A stretch of DNA of 63,195 nucleotides, the filler included, from Squatina squatina (lineage: Eukaryota): the NCBI GenBank assembly GCA_031763465.1. It is 4 parts of 4 records of this genome, joined end to end, with 100 filler letters (N's around TTAATTAATTAA, not from the genome) between each part and the next. Parts side by side here need not be neighbours in the genome. Positions count along the whole stretch, not along the records: positions 20,640 to 34,153 come from JARFOE010000230.1; positions 34,254 to 49,246 come from JARFOE010000013.1; 2 more parts are not named here. One strand, written 5' to 3'. Both the position numbers and the translations under genes were made by a program. Positions 24,181-37,965 of the stretch are shown here, in pieces (position 1 is the first letter of the stretch; each line of letters starts with the position of its first letter). The notes under the pieces are model-generated. The model was not told the origin of the DNA and searched no databases. It saw only the letters and a list, made by a program, of their open reading frames with translations.

Positions 24181-27100
24181 TTTAAANNNNNNNNNNNNNN
24201 NNNNNNNNNNNNNNNNNNNNNNNNNNNNNNNNNNNNNNNNNNNNNNNNNNNNNNNNNNNNNNNNNNNNNNNNNNNNNNNNNNNNNNTCTGATAGTTGAAA
24301 ATTACTGTAAAGACCAACTAAACTAGCTTCAGCTTTTTAATTGGCAGAATTTTCACCAATTACCCATGTTTTCACAAATCACTAATGGGCACAGATAAAT
24401 CGCCCTGTGGCCTCAGCTGCCACTTGCAATCTGTATCAATTGAATGAATATTTCACCAAACTGAACAACGCTGTAATTAAGAAAAGCTGTCATAATACAA
24501 GGACGTAATATATTGGCTGGTGTTCAAACAATGTATATCATTGGATGTTACCAGGGCTCAAAATCATCAAACAATAACAGTAGCTGACAAAAAATATTGC
24601 TGTGCCAACATATAAAAAAATAAACAAGTAACTGTTGGACATATATAAACACACATCTATATTATATAACATATATATATATATATATATCTCAGATGTT
24701 TATTAGAGGCAGTTTATATAAAAGGTGCACTCTCCAGCAAATTCATACTGATGTTGGAATGTCTTTTATCGGTCCATTGGAGCAGTCACACCGACAGGCT
24801 GACTGGCTTGCTATTACATGTACTTATTTTGGTCTAACAGAGCAGTGCTAATTTAACTCCGAAGCCAATCTACAAATTTTATATACTTTGAAGATGTTTC
24901 ACAGGTAGCCAAATTCAATGACAATAAATTATGCTCTGTTAATGAGGATAANNNNNNNNNNNNNNNNNNNNNNNNNNNNNNNNNNNNNNNNNNNNNNNNN
25001 NNNNNNNNNNNNNNNNNNNNNNNNNNNNNNNNNNNNNNNNNNNNNNNNNNNGGTCCGTTTCAGCAGCAGGCATCTTACACACAGTGCTGACATCTACTTT
25101 TCTTCTCATGATTCTTGCCTACAAAGACTTGGGGACAAAAAGCTGAAGTCAACGCTGCAAGACCACAAACCCATGTGTTCCTAGAATTAACCTCCATTGT
25201 GAAAAGTTGAAATACTTCATTAGAGACAAAATAAGTTGCACATCTTTCTTAAAAGCAGAACAGACTGGAATTTTGGAAGTGTCTCATTGCAGAGCAACTA
25301 GATACTGTCAAATAAATAGTGCCCATTTCAACAGAACATACTCTACAGTAAATCTACCACCCTTCCTTCCGACCAGGAGAGTATCCCATGGAGGCAGTAA
25401 GATTTGAAATTGAAGAGATAAAGGGCAAAATTCTGGAAAATACAGTCTAAGATGTTCAAAAGAAAGAGACATGAGGTTTAATGTTTAATCATGAGTAATT
25501 ATTGTACGCATTTTATTATCTTTATTTCTACTGCAAGTTGGAATAAGCTATGTGATTATCATCCAGTACTAATTATGCCTTACAGCCAAAATTAAGATGG
25601 CATTTTTAAGGATCCAGAGCACTCCCACACCTCAGTGTGTAACAGATCAAGTGCAGTAAAATACCACACCAGATATCTGCTGCGCAGAGACATAAAATTT
25701 TAATATACTTTGTAAGTAAATGACTGCGTTTCCTGCTTATTTTTATCATCAAGAGACTTACACTTGTAATTATGTACATCAAGCTGCAGCAGATGAATGA
25801 ATTACTGTTTTAAGCAGAAAATTAAATAATTTGATTGAGGCCTCAACTGGGATTTAAAGGGGAATTTCCAACCAACTGAATTGGGCCAGAAATTATGATA
25901 AAAACTTGTAATATCCTAATCTGTTAGTAATAGCAATGTTATCATTCAACACTGTGGTGGCTGTTTGCTGGATCACTGCTTTAAGACAGTACCTGTCCCT
26001 CTTGGAGCCTGGGTTTAACTCGGGCTGATGGAATTAAGATATCATCCCTCCACTGACAGAGTCCAAATGCGCTCAGTCAGTCTTGACCCAGATTCCCAGT
26101 GGACACCAGATCACTGGCTTATAGGTCAGCACTAACTGAATGCAAGGATAGAGGGAAGTTCTTGTGAGGTTCAGGTTCAAGTTCAATGTTGCCGTATCCA
26201 CCGAGCTCTGCACTGGATGTAAACGTGCTACACTCAACTTGGAATTGTTTGACATGAGCACTGGCTACAAAAATATTCAATTTTCCAGGATTCACTTTAT
26301 AAAATTAAAAAAGGCTTGGTTTTTATTTATTTGTCCTAAGTTATCCCCCATTTTGGGTTTACCTCACCTTCACATTGTTCCTTCTGAGCGGTGTGCTCAG
26401 AAGACTGGCAGTGCCACCCATGAGGAGACAACAGGAACTGGCCAGATGTAAATCTACTTTCTGATATCTTTCCTTGCCCTGCAGAGAGACATCACAATCT
26501 TTGCTCAGCAGCTCCACTGTCAGTGTGGCTAAGATCAGGAACTGAGTAGAGTGGGAATCACGCCTGCGTTCACTCCACTCTGTGGCACAAAATATTCATG
26601 GACTGACACTCGGTGCCACCGTGCTGTCTGGATATTCGCCTCTTCAATAATTTAATCTGAAAATGGATAAGAATTTAATAAGAAATTATCTGAATAAAAG
26701 GTATTTGTTAGAGAAATGATTTGTGTGGNNNNNNNNNNNNNNNNNNNNNNNNNNNNNNNNNNNNNNNNNNNNNNNNNNNNNNNNNNNNNNNNNNNNNNNN
26801 NNNNNNNNNNNNNNNNNNNNNNNNNNNNATATTTACATTTTAATATTTATAAAGGAAAATCATTACATTCAAAAGATTATAAAAAAAATTACAGGGCCAT
26901 GGGATTTATTTGCTGGTATTTACATCTCTTGTGAACAAAGTTAACTGGCCTACTTCTACAAAAAAAAAATGCTTCTTGCGCTACACAGCAGTCTAAGCTT
27001 TTTCCATTGCCCTCTTCTTCCATGTGCTGCAGAGTTCTGCAGTCTCGCCTAGGATGTCCCACTGCTCTGCAAATCAACGCACTATTAGTATTTTCCATAT

Positions 27101-29419
27101 AGCGCTGCTGTGACCTGATTGTGTCTAGTTTTCACCAGAGTTTTCTCTTTGTTTCAAACTTAAGGTCTGTTCATGAATATTAATGATTGTCACCCACATG
27201 CACTCAAGATCTGTTAGTAAGTATACATGTGGTTACTTTTTTCTTTCAGAATACTCATTAATTGGAGGTATGACAGTGCTAAAGTAGAGAGCATTTTTCT
27301 GTGTTCGCTTTTAGTGACAGTATAAATAAGCAAAGATTACTTCAGTCGTGTTTGTAAAACACCACTTATCCACAATTAATTTTCAGCAAAGTCAATTCTG
27401 GAGTTAAAATATGTGTACACAGGATGGGGAATAAAGGGAACACACTGATTTGCCTTGGAAATTGAGGCCAGCTGGGAAGGAGGTGCAGGTCAGGATAAAG
27501 TAATGGATGAAAGTAAGATAACAAGGTATTGCAGGCTGGAACTTGGCAGAGCATAGACATCAGAGCTGGGTACAGAATGGAGGTCAAGCTTGCGTAAGAA
27601 ACAATAGCCAAGGTAGCCCATTAAAGGGGCCGTGTACCCAAAAAAATAATTACGGAGAACATTGTCTAGGCTGTGCTGAAGATGAATACCAGCTCAGTTT
27701 AGAGGGTGGATATTAGGGTTGGCTGTTGCATGGAGGGTAGTGCTGGAGACAGGAGGTTGATGTTTAATAANNNNNNNNNNTAAGACTTGGAAACAAATAA
27801 TGTTGTGTTAAGAACTGCAGGAGTATTGAGATCCATCATGTGGTGTTTGGGAAACCCGGGACTAATACTGAATGTATGGTGCTATTGTCTAGCTTGTGAC
27901 AAATGAGATCTTAGGTTTCAAAAGTATATTGTTTTCCTGCTGAAGAGACTAAAAGAATGAGAAATTACAGCAACGGTTCACAATAGCCTGATTTGCATAT
28001 TAATAATAAAAGACGGCATAGTGGCAGAATGTTGGTCTGTCACAATATTTTCAGTGATGTATTTGTAGTTTTGAAATGTGATCCACATGTACAAAAGCTT
28101 CAAAAAAGGTTTTGTGTAAAGATGGCATGAGATGTACACCCTGCTGTTGCACTGTCAATTTACAATACTAAAACAAAAATAAATATAGTTTTTTAAAAAC
28201 ATAACAAAATAGTTACAAATTATTAACACACAGTTTGTTTGTATTTGTAATGCTCAGAAATAAATCATTTTGTAAAGCATATAGATGAGAAATTATTGTT
28301 GGTGTTATCAGTGGATGAATGATGAATGTGCTTGTTAACTGTTCACCAATCCATTTGAAATGAANNNNNNNNNNNNNNNNNNNNNNNNNNNNNNNNNNNN
28401 NNNNNNNNNNNNNNNNNNNNNNNNNNNNNNNNNNNNNNNNNNNNNNNNNNNNNNNNNNNNNNNNNNNNNNNNNNNNNNNNNNNNNNNNNNNNNNNNNNNN
28501 NNNNNNNNNNNNNNNNNNNNNNNNNNNNNNNNNNNNNNNNNNNNNNNNNNNNNNNNNNNNNNNNNNNNNNNNNNNNNNNNNNNNNNNNNNNNNNNNNNNN
28601 NNNNNNNNNNNNNNNNNNNNNNNNNNNNNNNNNNNNNNNNNNNAAACAAGCAAATAAAACTTCCAGTCAACTGTGAAGTCTAAACTCTTTCACGTGTGCG
28701 TTCCAGCTATTGATTGGTGAATTGATGTTGTCCTATAAATACCATCCTTGATATCAAGGGCTATCAAAGAGCGTCAATCAACAGATCACCATTTTTTATG
28801 CACTGCTTTCAATTTTCAGCTACCCTATTAAAAGCTGAAATGATTAGCGTTTAATGAAGTGTAAAAATTATGACTTTTTTTTCTTGGTAATGAATATGTT
28901 CATGTGCAGTTCTGACATTCAACTGATTTAGCTCAATTGAGCAGTTAATGGACATGTCTGTGCCATAACTGTTATGGCCGATGACTTAAGTAATATCGAA
29001 CCATTTTACTCCTGAGCCTTTAAGAATGTTCTAATATTTTCAGCTGGAGCTGGTTATCTATTTGTAATCTGATTTGTAGTCAGAGGCCAATGATGAGTGA
29101 ATTTCTATATGTAGATCATTTACAAGGGCATGAGTAGCCTGTACCTAATTTGTTTTTCATGGAAAGCCATTTGTGCCAGTGTGATTCATGCTCCGCCGTA
29201 ACTCAAAAAAAAACCTTGCTGTCTTCACTTTTTTTTTCGCATTAGGAACAAGTAACAACAGCCAGGGATTGGAAGAAGTTTCCTCCTTCCAACAATCTAG
29301 CAATTAATTTTGGTCCTTCACTGATGGCAGAAACAATTGTGCTGATCATTGCAAAAATAGCTAGCATTATCACTCAAATTATCTTCCAGAATGTTCCGGA
29401 AAGGTATTTTGTTATAGGC

Positions 29420-29891
29420 TCCATCGTGTTGTGTGGCACTGCTACCGTGCTAAATGGAGTAGATTCAGAACAGATCTAGCAGCTCAAAACTGGGCATCCA
29501 CGAGGTGCTGTGGGCCATCAGCAGCAGCAGAATTGTATACCACCACAATCGGTCATCTCATGGCCCGGCATCTCCCTCACTCTTACATAACCATCAACCC
29601 TGGTTCAACAAGGAGTGTAGAAGAGCATGATAGGAACAGCACCAGGTGTACCTAAAAATGATGTGCCAACCTGGGGAAGCTACATGCATGCTAAAAAGCG
29701 GAAGCAGCATGCAATAGACAGGGCAAAACAATCCCACAATCAACGGATCAGATCAAAGCTCTGCACTCCTGCCACATCCAGTCGTGAATGGTGGTGGACA
29801 ATTAAACAACTAACAGGAGGAGGCTCCATGAATATCTCCATCCTCAATGATGGCGGAGCCCAGCACGTGAGTGCAAAAGACAAGGCTGAAG
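29420..29891 (+). mobile_element. CR1-group LINE ORF2 fragment (frameshifted)
   Basis: VWHCYRAKWSRFRTDLAAQNW and SSREWWWTIKQLTGGG...SAKDKAE motifs of the linker upstream of RT. Confidence 0.7.
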
Positions 29892-30666
29892 NNNNNNNNN
29901 NNNNNNNNNNNNNNNNNNNNNNNNNNNNNNNNNNNNNNNNNNNNNNNNNNNNNNNNNNNNNNNNNNNNNNNNNNNNNNNNNNNNNNNNNNNTGCCGGGCT
30001 ATGGGCAAAGAGCAAGGGACTGGGACTAATCGGATCGCTCGTTCAAAGAGCCGGCACATGCACAATGGGCTGAATGGCCTCCTTCTGTGCTGTATCATTG
30101 TACGAGTCTATGATTCTATTCTAATTGAATTAGGACTTGAAAATGAAGAGGTGTTATTGAACAGTGATTGGGTTTGAAGAGGAGAATCCCCTCCAGCCCT
30201 TCTTAGCAGTATCCCATGGTTTTTCAAATGAACACTACAGTTCCTAACATGACATGGATTATCTGTAAAGCTCGATTTCTTGTTTCAATCTCATAGCACA
30301 GCAATTATTACATAATTGAATAATAGCATATCCAAGGAAATTCATCACAGCTATTCAATGGATGGTTGTTTGGACTGATGATGATTTATTATACAATAAC
30401 AGAAAACGAGAATGGTTGGTTTCCTTTTACTAGTTAAAGTATTGCATTGAAGGTTAAATACAAAGAGGAGAAGATTGTGTTACGGCAGTGCTTCCACACA
30501 GTGAAGCTATGGTTCAAATACAATGGAAGCCTGAATGCCAGCTTCAGAAATGATGAATTGTTCTGAGCTGGTTATGTATCAGGATCGATGTTTTGAGTTT
30601 GCCTTGTACCAACTACGGTAGCTCAAATGTATGCTCAGTTCTAATTAATACTGCGCTAACGACAGA

Positions 30667-31056
30667 ATGGCTAATTGTAGTTTAGGCAGTGTACCTCATT
30701 TTGATACCGGATATAGCTTTGAAGAATGGATTGAGATTCTCAAAGCCTGGTTCGACTCAAATTAAATCTCTGACAGTAACAAAAGGAGAGCAATATTCTT
30801 AGCCAATGCAGGTAGCAAAAGCTATCACACGTTAAGAGCGTTAGTGCAGCCCCAAAAGCCGACTGAGAAATCATAAAGGGAGTCCGTTGATGCATTCCAG
30901 GAACATTTCTCACCTAAACCAACCAAAATTGTACAGAGGTATAGGTTCTATACCTGTAGCCAAGCATCCCATGAAACCATTCCATAGTTCGTTGCAAATT
31001 TAAAGCAGCTCAGAGAAGGATGTACTTTTCCCGAGCTAAATAACATGTTAAGGGAC
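30667..31056 (+). mobile_element. Ty3/Gypsy LTR retrotransposon gag relic
   Basis: MANCSLGSVPHFDTGYSFEEWIEILKAWF...KRRAIFLANAGSKSYHTLRALVQPQKPTEKS*...HFSPKPTKIVQRYRFYTCSQ...FVANLKQL...LNNMLRD; three in-frame stops; runs into a gap. Confidence 0.85.
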
Positions 31057-31159
31057 NNNNNNNNNNNNNNNNNNNNNNNNNNNNNNNNNNNNNNNNNNNN
31101 NNNNNNNNNNNNNNNNNNNNNNNNNNNNNNNNNNNNNNNNNNNNNNNNNNNNNNNNTAT

Positions 31160-31340
31160 GCTATTTGTCACTGTCAGCAAGGGCACAGGCCCAAAGCTTT
31201 GGGAAAAAGACCTGGAAGAAAATTGCTGAAAGGATCAATTCAACCTCCCAGGTCAGGACAACAGGGGATGAGTGCAGGGCACATTCTAATGATATCTGCA
31301 GGAAATGTTTGCTGCAAAAAGAGGGCCATACGAGGAAATA
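31160..31340 (+). mobile_element. Myb/SANT-like domain fragment, probably from a Harbinger accessory ORF
   Basis: KKTWKKIAERINSTSQVRTTGDECRAHSNDI fits the W-x2-IA-x2-[IV]N...R...C...ND trihelix pattern. Confidence 0.55.
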
Positions 31341-33789
31341 GGCAAAGACTCCTCCCCAGCAACCAGCCTCATTTCTTACCGTATTAATCTCCGCAGTGTT
31401 CAGGTACAAGGTGACCTTTGGAGTTATCAAGTTGTAAAGCGAATGTGTAACTTGGAAATCAGTCAGGAGGTAAGTGAATGCTTAATCGATTATGCCAAGT
31501 TTGCAAACCACAAAACTCTTTGAAAGCCTCTTTCCTTTGATCTAGAAATAGAAATGAATTTGTTCCTGACAATAGTTATTTCTCAGAGAGGTTGCTTTGA
31601 CTGTTGGTAGAATTGGACAAAGATAACAGGAATGCGAAAAGGCACAATAGCTTAAAAATATTCGTAATAAACAGAAATTCAAGAAATGGCTAGGACCACA
31701 AACCAATCTTACCAACTTCAGAAATGTCATCTAAAAATTACTGTGCTGATATTAGTGAATGAATCTTTAAAGCGTTGGCATAGTATTCCTTTTACTTCAA
31801 TTTTAATGCAGCATTCGCCCATTTATTTGAAATGGGTTAATGTCTCTGCTAAAGTAGCAGACCAAGAAATGCCACATGAACGTGTTAAGCATTCATCTAC
31901 TAATACTGTAAATAGTCATTTCGAAGCTTTTGTCTTTTTCTTACTACCATATCTTCGGTCCCAGAGACCTCTGGGGCACACAGCATTGGGGCCATCTTCT
32001 CTCGTCAGGTCTTAGAAGTGGTGATTCCTAAGGGAGTGGCCCACATTGTTCAGGCAATGAGATGAAAACAGAATGGACAACAGCAGATTGTCTTGCTCAT
32101 GTGATTTTCTCCTTTATATTTGAGGAATTTAAGCTACCCTTTTTAAATGAACAGGAACACATGCTTGTATGCACACATCTGATTGTTATTCAGAGGTAAC
32201 AAATTGCACCTGGAGCTAACCTGACAAAGAGAATTCTGTTGAGAATAGACCCTCGCACAACACAATTTGGAGCAATGAACCAACAGGAAAACTATATTGT
32301 TGGCAAAATATAAATCTACTTCAATACTTCTGAACAAATACAAAATTATAGTGTTAGAACTTTTCTGGTGCAATATTGTGCTTTTAATATGGCCCAAACA
32401 CATTTTCATCCTATACTTGATGCTTCTAAGCTGATCTACCTGCTTTGTATAAATGAATTTCTATCTTATAAGTCAGAATTTCCTTATGGTAATATTCCTT
32501 CAGGGCAATTACTGTCAACAAAACGATGGGCTCAAAGTTTTGATTCCAACAAAAATTGCGGATTCAGCTGATTTAAACATTGAGAGGCAACTGGACTGCC
32601 GACACCCAGCTTGCAATGTCTCAGATTAGCCAGGAGGGGCAGAAAACTGGACAAGAGGTGAGAGTTAGTTCCCAAATAGCTAATGGGGTTGGGGTAGCCG
32701 GTGGGGGGTTCAAAGAGGCACTCTAAAGGGTCCTCCTAGAAAGCCCAAGACACCGGCCAACTTTGCTCTTAAAGGCTTATGATACCACAGCACAGCTGAG
32801 CATCACTGGCCATCAGACTTCAGTCAGCTGCATTTCTGGTGGAAATGGCAGAATATCTGGGATGCAGCTTTTCCCCCATTATCATGTCATTTACAGACTT
32901 GGAACAGTTTGGGGTGGATGCATCTTCTGCCAGCAGCCGATTCAACCAGAATTCAGTGTGTATTTCAGACCAGCCGTAATTCTGGTGTATCTGGCTTACA
33001 GCCCAAATTCCAGTCCACTACTCCAGAACTACACCACTTTATCACCCTAAAAAAAAAATGGAATTTTGAGCCTATATAACAGTTACAACTACTAAAGGCA
33101 GAGTAATGTGCTCCAAAACAGCAGTGAAATAAAATGACAGATACTCAGTCTCCATTCAAATTGAACAATTTATTCTCACTGCAAAATTGTTAGCACCAGA
33201 TTTATATAAAAATCATACCCTCTCTCAAATCAGGACAAAACGAAATAGATATGAATCTCCCATCATATAGATTTGCCTTACCACAATTCAATTTGTGCAC
33301 CAGTCAATATTGAAATTATTAGGCTAACATGTACGCTGAGCACTTGCTTGCTGTAAAACCACAGGCGGAGATTTGCATGAGACATTTATACTGACCACGT
33401 GCTTTTTAGCTTTGCCAAAAACCACAAGTGGAGGTAGGGAGCACTTTCTTCAAGCNNNNNNNNNNNNNNNNNNNNNNNNNNNNNNNNNNNNNNNNNNNNN
33501 NNNNNNNNNNNNNNNNNNNNNNNNNNNNNNNNNNNNNNNNNNNNNNNNNNNNNNNTGTACTGTCTCTAAGTTTGTGCAACTGTTTGGAGCTTTCTACAGT
33601 TATTTACAGTTGGTGATGTGACCGGAATTGTAAGTGGAGAATGCTTCTGATTTGAAGGGTTCTGCTCCCACCCACTCACTTGCAGTCATGGGGGCTCTAT
33701 GTGCAGTTCCCCTCATGCTCGAGTGTGACAGGGAGATGGAGCAGAGGCAGCAAAGAGGATAAGCTGCTCGCAAAGGGAGAGGGAGGCTC

Positions 33790-34097
33790 TCAGCAGGAGG
33801 CCTTACCCACCTAGGGTCTTCAGGGAGCCCTTCTACCTGCACTTAAGCCAGGAGCAAGTGTATTAGGAGGCTCTGCTTCACCAAGGAGGTGGTCACAGAA
33901 CTCAGCCACCTTCTGGAACCAGCCACAGAGCAGGGCACTGCCAGTGGCCCTCAAGGTCACCATGGTCCTCAATTTTTTCACCAGCAGATCCTTCCAGTCT
34001 GGAGGAGGCAACATAGCTAACATCTCCCGGTTTGCCATCCATTGCTGCATCGGGGAGATCACAAAGGCTCTGTACTCCAGGAGAAGGGACTTCATTG
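33790..34097 (+). mobile_element. PIF/Harbinger transposase N-terminal relic
   Basis: RRLCFTKEVVTELSHLL then, after a frameshift, ALPVALKVTMVLNFFTSRSFQSGGGNIANISRFAIHCCIGEITKALYSRRRDFI (HARBI1-like helix-turn-helix region). Confidence 0.8.
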
Positions 34098-34153
34098 TTG
34101 TTCTGTATTAGGAATAAGCTTTTGCTTTATACAACTACGGCAACTCCAGTGTG

Positions 34154-34253
34154 NNNNNNNNNNNNNNNNNNNNNNNNNNNNNNNNNNNNNNNNNNNNTTA
34201 ATTAATTAANNNNNNNNNNNNNNNNNNNNNNNNNNNNNNNNNNNNNNNNNNNN
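34154..34253. other. Artificial scaffold-joining spacer
   Basis: N44-TTAATTAATTAA-N44. Confidence 0.95.
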
Positions 34254-35647
34254 GGAGCAATTTTTAAGTAACTCACTTCCAAGCATATTTTTATCCATTC
34301 GTTCTAAATAACTTGCTATGGTTTCTTTCCACTACTGTACCACGGAACACTCTGGAAATGTTTAGAGAATGCCTGGAAGAGATGTTAAGCCCCCTTAAAA
34401 GAAAAACCTTTATTGTGCATCCTAACTCTCAGTTGTGGAAACAGATCTAATTGCCCTTTGCTTGATGGCTGAAAGCACCCTAAGAGCTCAGACAGCAGGC
34501 TGGTTTTGTACAACGGGTGCTATGAGAAAGTACAGCAGAAGAGCAGTCAAGATAAGAGCTTGGCCTCGATGTGTTTGCTTTAGAGTTCAGAGGAATTGTT
34601 CTAAAGCAAAGTACTTGAAGTTTGAATCAAACGTCAGACACAGCCGACAGTTTAATCCCATGTATGTTTGGCTGGGAGGCGCTCGACTGTTTAACTCTTA
34701 AACATAGGGAGCCCTGGTTGTTTGGGAGATTAAGGATTTGGTGCCTGACTGTAATGATGGGGAGTTAGATAAGATTACCATGCCTTCAGCAACCTATCAT
34801 TTGCCTCTCCCTATAAATCCTGCCGATGGGAAGAAACAAAACTACATCTATGTTTCAGAGTGTTGATCCTAATATATATGGGATATGCTTCTGGTGCCAG
34901 AAAAAGTGCTGGGTTGGGCCCACTGATTATCATGTTATTTGCTTTAAATGATGTTCTGGAGTGTTGGTCTCTATTTTCAGTTACTATGATAAAGATGCAG
35001 TTCTTTAAATAAAACAAATGTAAACAAATTCTCCCCATATTTAGTCTTTCTGTAGGGAGTGCACCACTGCCGCCTCTAAGCAAGAGGGAAGGGATGCAAA
35101 CTGCTCTTCAGTTGGTGACAATGACCCTCCACAATTGGCTGGCAATTATGGAGAAATTCAAAAAAGCCAACTGCCAACAATCTTTTTTGTTGCTTCCTCT
35201 AAATTTGGCTAAAACCAATTAAATGAAACTCAGTTGATTGATGCAAGTTTAAATGACAGAAATGGTGGAAATGTAAAACAGTAATGCTGTTCAGTCAGCA
35301 TTTGTGGAAAAAGCAGACAGTTTTATGTTTCAGGTGCGAACTCTTTTGCAGAATGGTGTAAAATGCCTCAGACTTCAATTCTAGATATCTATCTCCTGTA
35401 TTCGTGGCTTGTCTTTGTCCACATTACAAGATCAGTACTTACTTTTAACAGCATCCCTTCCTCAGAGCTTCAATATGGTGACCCAATGCTTAATTTCAAA
35501 CTGTGGCTACTGGCTTCCATTTGGAATTATTGGTTGTTGATCAAAGTAGCCAAATCGTATTTTTAGCGACCAACAACAAGCCATTCTTTTTCATTTAGGG
35601 CTGTTCACTGTGTAACATAAATTGCAGCAATAGTTAAAACGATATAT

Positions 35648-35769
35648 ATCACTGCAGGCGTTCCTCAGGGCAGTATCCTAGGCCCAACTACCTTCAGCTG
35701 CTTCATCAATGACCTGCCCTCCATCATAAGGTCAGAAGTGGGGATGTTCACTGATGATTGCAGTGTTCA
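35648..35769 (+). mobile_element. LINE reverse-transcriptase fragment
   Basis: AGVPQGSILGPTTFSCFINDLP...MFTDDC (GVPQGS and degenerate FADD motifs). Confidence 0.85.
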
Positions 35770-35869
35770 NNNNNNNNNNNNNNNNNNNNNNNNNNNNNNN
35801 NNNNNNNNNNNNNNNNNNNNNNNNNNNNNNNNNNNNNNNNNNNNNNNNNNNNNNNNNNNNNNNNNNNNN

Positions 35870-36420
35870 AGTCACTGCCTGCCATTCTGAAAAGGACCCG
35901 TTTATTCCTACTCTTTGCTTCCTGTCTACCAACCAATTCTCTATCCTCACTATCTCCTCCTTGAATGCCTCCCACTGCTCTGACACTGGTTTACCTTCAA
36001 GGAGCTGTTTCCAGTCCACTTTGGCTAAGTCACATCTCAGCTTAGTAAAATTGGCTTTTCCCCAATTGAGAACTTTTATTTCTGGTCTATCTTTGTCCTT
36101 TTCCATAATTATCCTAAATCTAACTTAATTATGATCACTACCACCAAAATGCTCTCCCACTGATACCCCTTCCATCTGTCCATCTTCATTCCCTAAAACT
36201 AAGTCCAGAACCACCCCCTCCCTTGTTGGGCTTGCTTCGTACTGGCTAAAGAAAAGTTGTCCTGAATGCATTTTAAGAATTCTGCTCCTGCTATACCTTT
36301 CACATTAATTCTATTCCAGTTAATAATAGGGTAGTTGAAATCCCCTACTATTATTGCCCTATTGTTTTTGCACGTCTCATAAATTTGTCTACATATTTTC
36401 TCTTCTTTCTCCCTCGGACT
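35870..36420 (-). mobile_element. CR1 LINE ORF2 fragment, internally deleted
   Basis: LNWGKANFTKLRCDLAKVDW...IENWLVDRKQRVGINGSFSEW; endonuclease-region sequence fused to an RT segment. Confidence 0.85.
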
Positions 36421-36429
36421 GTTTGCCCT

Positions 36430-37410
36430 CTGGTTATCGACCCTTCAGCCTTTGGAAATAGTTCCTCTTTATTTATTCTACTTAAACCTTTCATGATTTC
36501 AGACACCTCTATCAAATCTTAATTATGATCACTACCTTCTCTGCTCTTAGAACAACCCCAGCTTCTCCAGTCTATCCACGTAACTGTAATCCCTCACTCT
36601 GGGAACCATTCTAGTAAGTCTCTTCTGTACTCTCTCTCCAAAGCCTTTACGTCCTTCCTAAATTGTGGTGCCCAGAATTGGACACCGTACTCCAGCTGGG
36701 GCCAAACTAGTGTTTTATATAGGTTTAGCATAGCTTCCTGGTTTGTGTACTCTATGCCTCTATTTATAAAGCCCAGGATCCCATATGATTTATTAACTGC
36801 TTTGTTAACCTGTCCTGCCACCTTCAAAGATCTGTGCACAAACACCCCCAGGTCTCTTTGTTCATGCCCCCCTTTTAAAATTGTACCATTTAGCATGTTT
36901 TGTCTCTCCTCATTCTTCCTACCAAAATGTATCACCTCACACTTTCTGCATTACATTTCATCTGCAATGTGTCCCCACCTTCTACCAACCTGTCTATGTC
37001 CTCTTGAAGTCTATTACTATATTTCTCACTGTTTACTACACGTCCAAGTTTCGTGTCATCAAAATCGTGCCCTGCACCCTCAAGTCCAAGTCATTCACAA
37101 ATTCAGAAACAGCAATGGTTCCAGCACTGAAGCCTGGGGAATGCCACTGTATACCTCATTCCAGTCTGAAAAACAGCCATTCACCACAACTCTTTGTTTT
37201 CTATCCATTAGCCAATTTTGTATCCATGCTGCTACTGCCCCTGTTATCCCACAGGCTCAATCTTGCTAACAAGCTTAATATGTGATACTTTATCAACACC
37301 TTTTGAAAGTCCATCTGCAAAATATCAACTGCACTGCCCTCATCCGCTCTCTCAGTTACCTCGTCTCAAAACTCAGTCAAGTTAGTCAAACACGATTTGC
37401 CCTCAACAAG
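36430..37410 (-). mobile_element. CR1 LINE RT and C-terminal region
   Basis: HFGRKN...EQRDLGVFVH...LYKTLVWPQLEYGVQFWAP typical of CR1 ORF2. Confidence 0.9.
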
Positions 37411-37499
37411 TCCATTCTATCATTACAAATGTTAGGATAATCCATTTATATAAGGCTCAATTGATTTGACAATTTCTTTCATATTCTCAAACTTCATCA

Positions 37500-37965
37500 G
37501 ATCACCTTAAACAACGCTGAATAAGTTAAACGCCATCCAGGACAAAGCAGCCCACTTGATTGGCACCCCATCCACCACCGGCGAAGGATGGGCAATCTTG
37601 TTGTGCAGTGTGTACCATCTGCAAGATGCATTACAGCAACTCGCCAGAGTTTCTTTGACAGCACCTCCCAAACCTGTGACCTCTCCCACTTTGAAGGACA
37701 AGGGCAGCAGGCGCATGGGAACACCATCATCTGCAAGTTCCCCTCCAAGTTACACATCATCCTGACTTGGAAGTTTATCACCCTTCCTTCATCATCGCTG
37801 GGTCAAAATCCTGGAACTCCCTCCCTAGCAGCACTGTGGGAGTACCTTCACCACATGGACTCAGCGGTTGAAGAAGGCAGCTCACCATCACCTTCTCGAG
37901 GGCAATTTGGGATGCGCCAAAAAATGCTGACTTTTCAAACATGGCTCACGTCCCGTGAATGAATA
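37500..37965 (+). mobile_element. LINE 3' end (CR1 group)
   Basis: KLNAIQDKAAHLIGTP and ICKFPSKLHIILTW segments; terminal GCTCACCATCACCTTCTC..GGGCAAT...CCCGTGAATGAAT tail shared with the SINEs. Confidence 0.75.

Noticed and set aside
20640-34153. Host protein-coding exons in scaffold 2
   Set aside because: No ORF or splice-bounded segment with recognisable homology; very short exons could have been missed.
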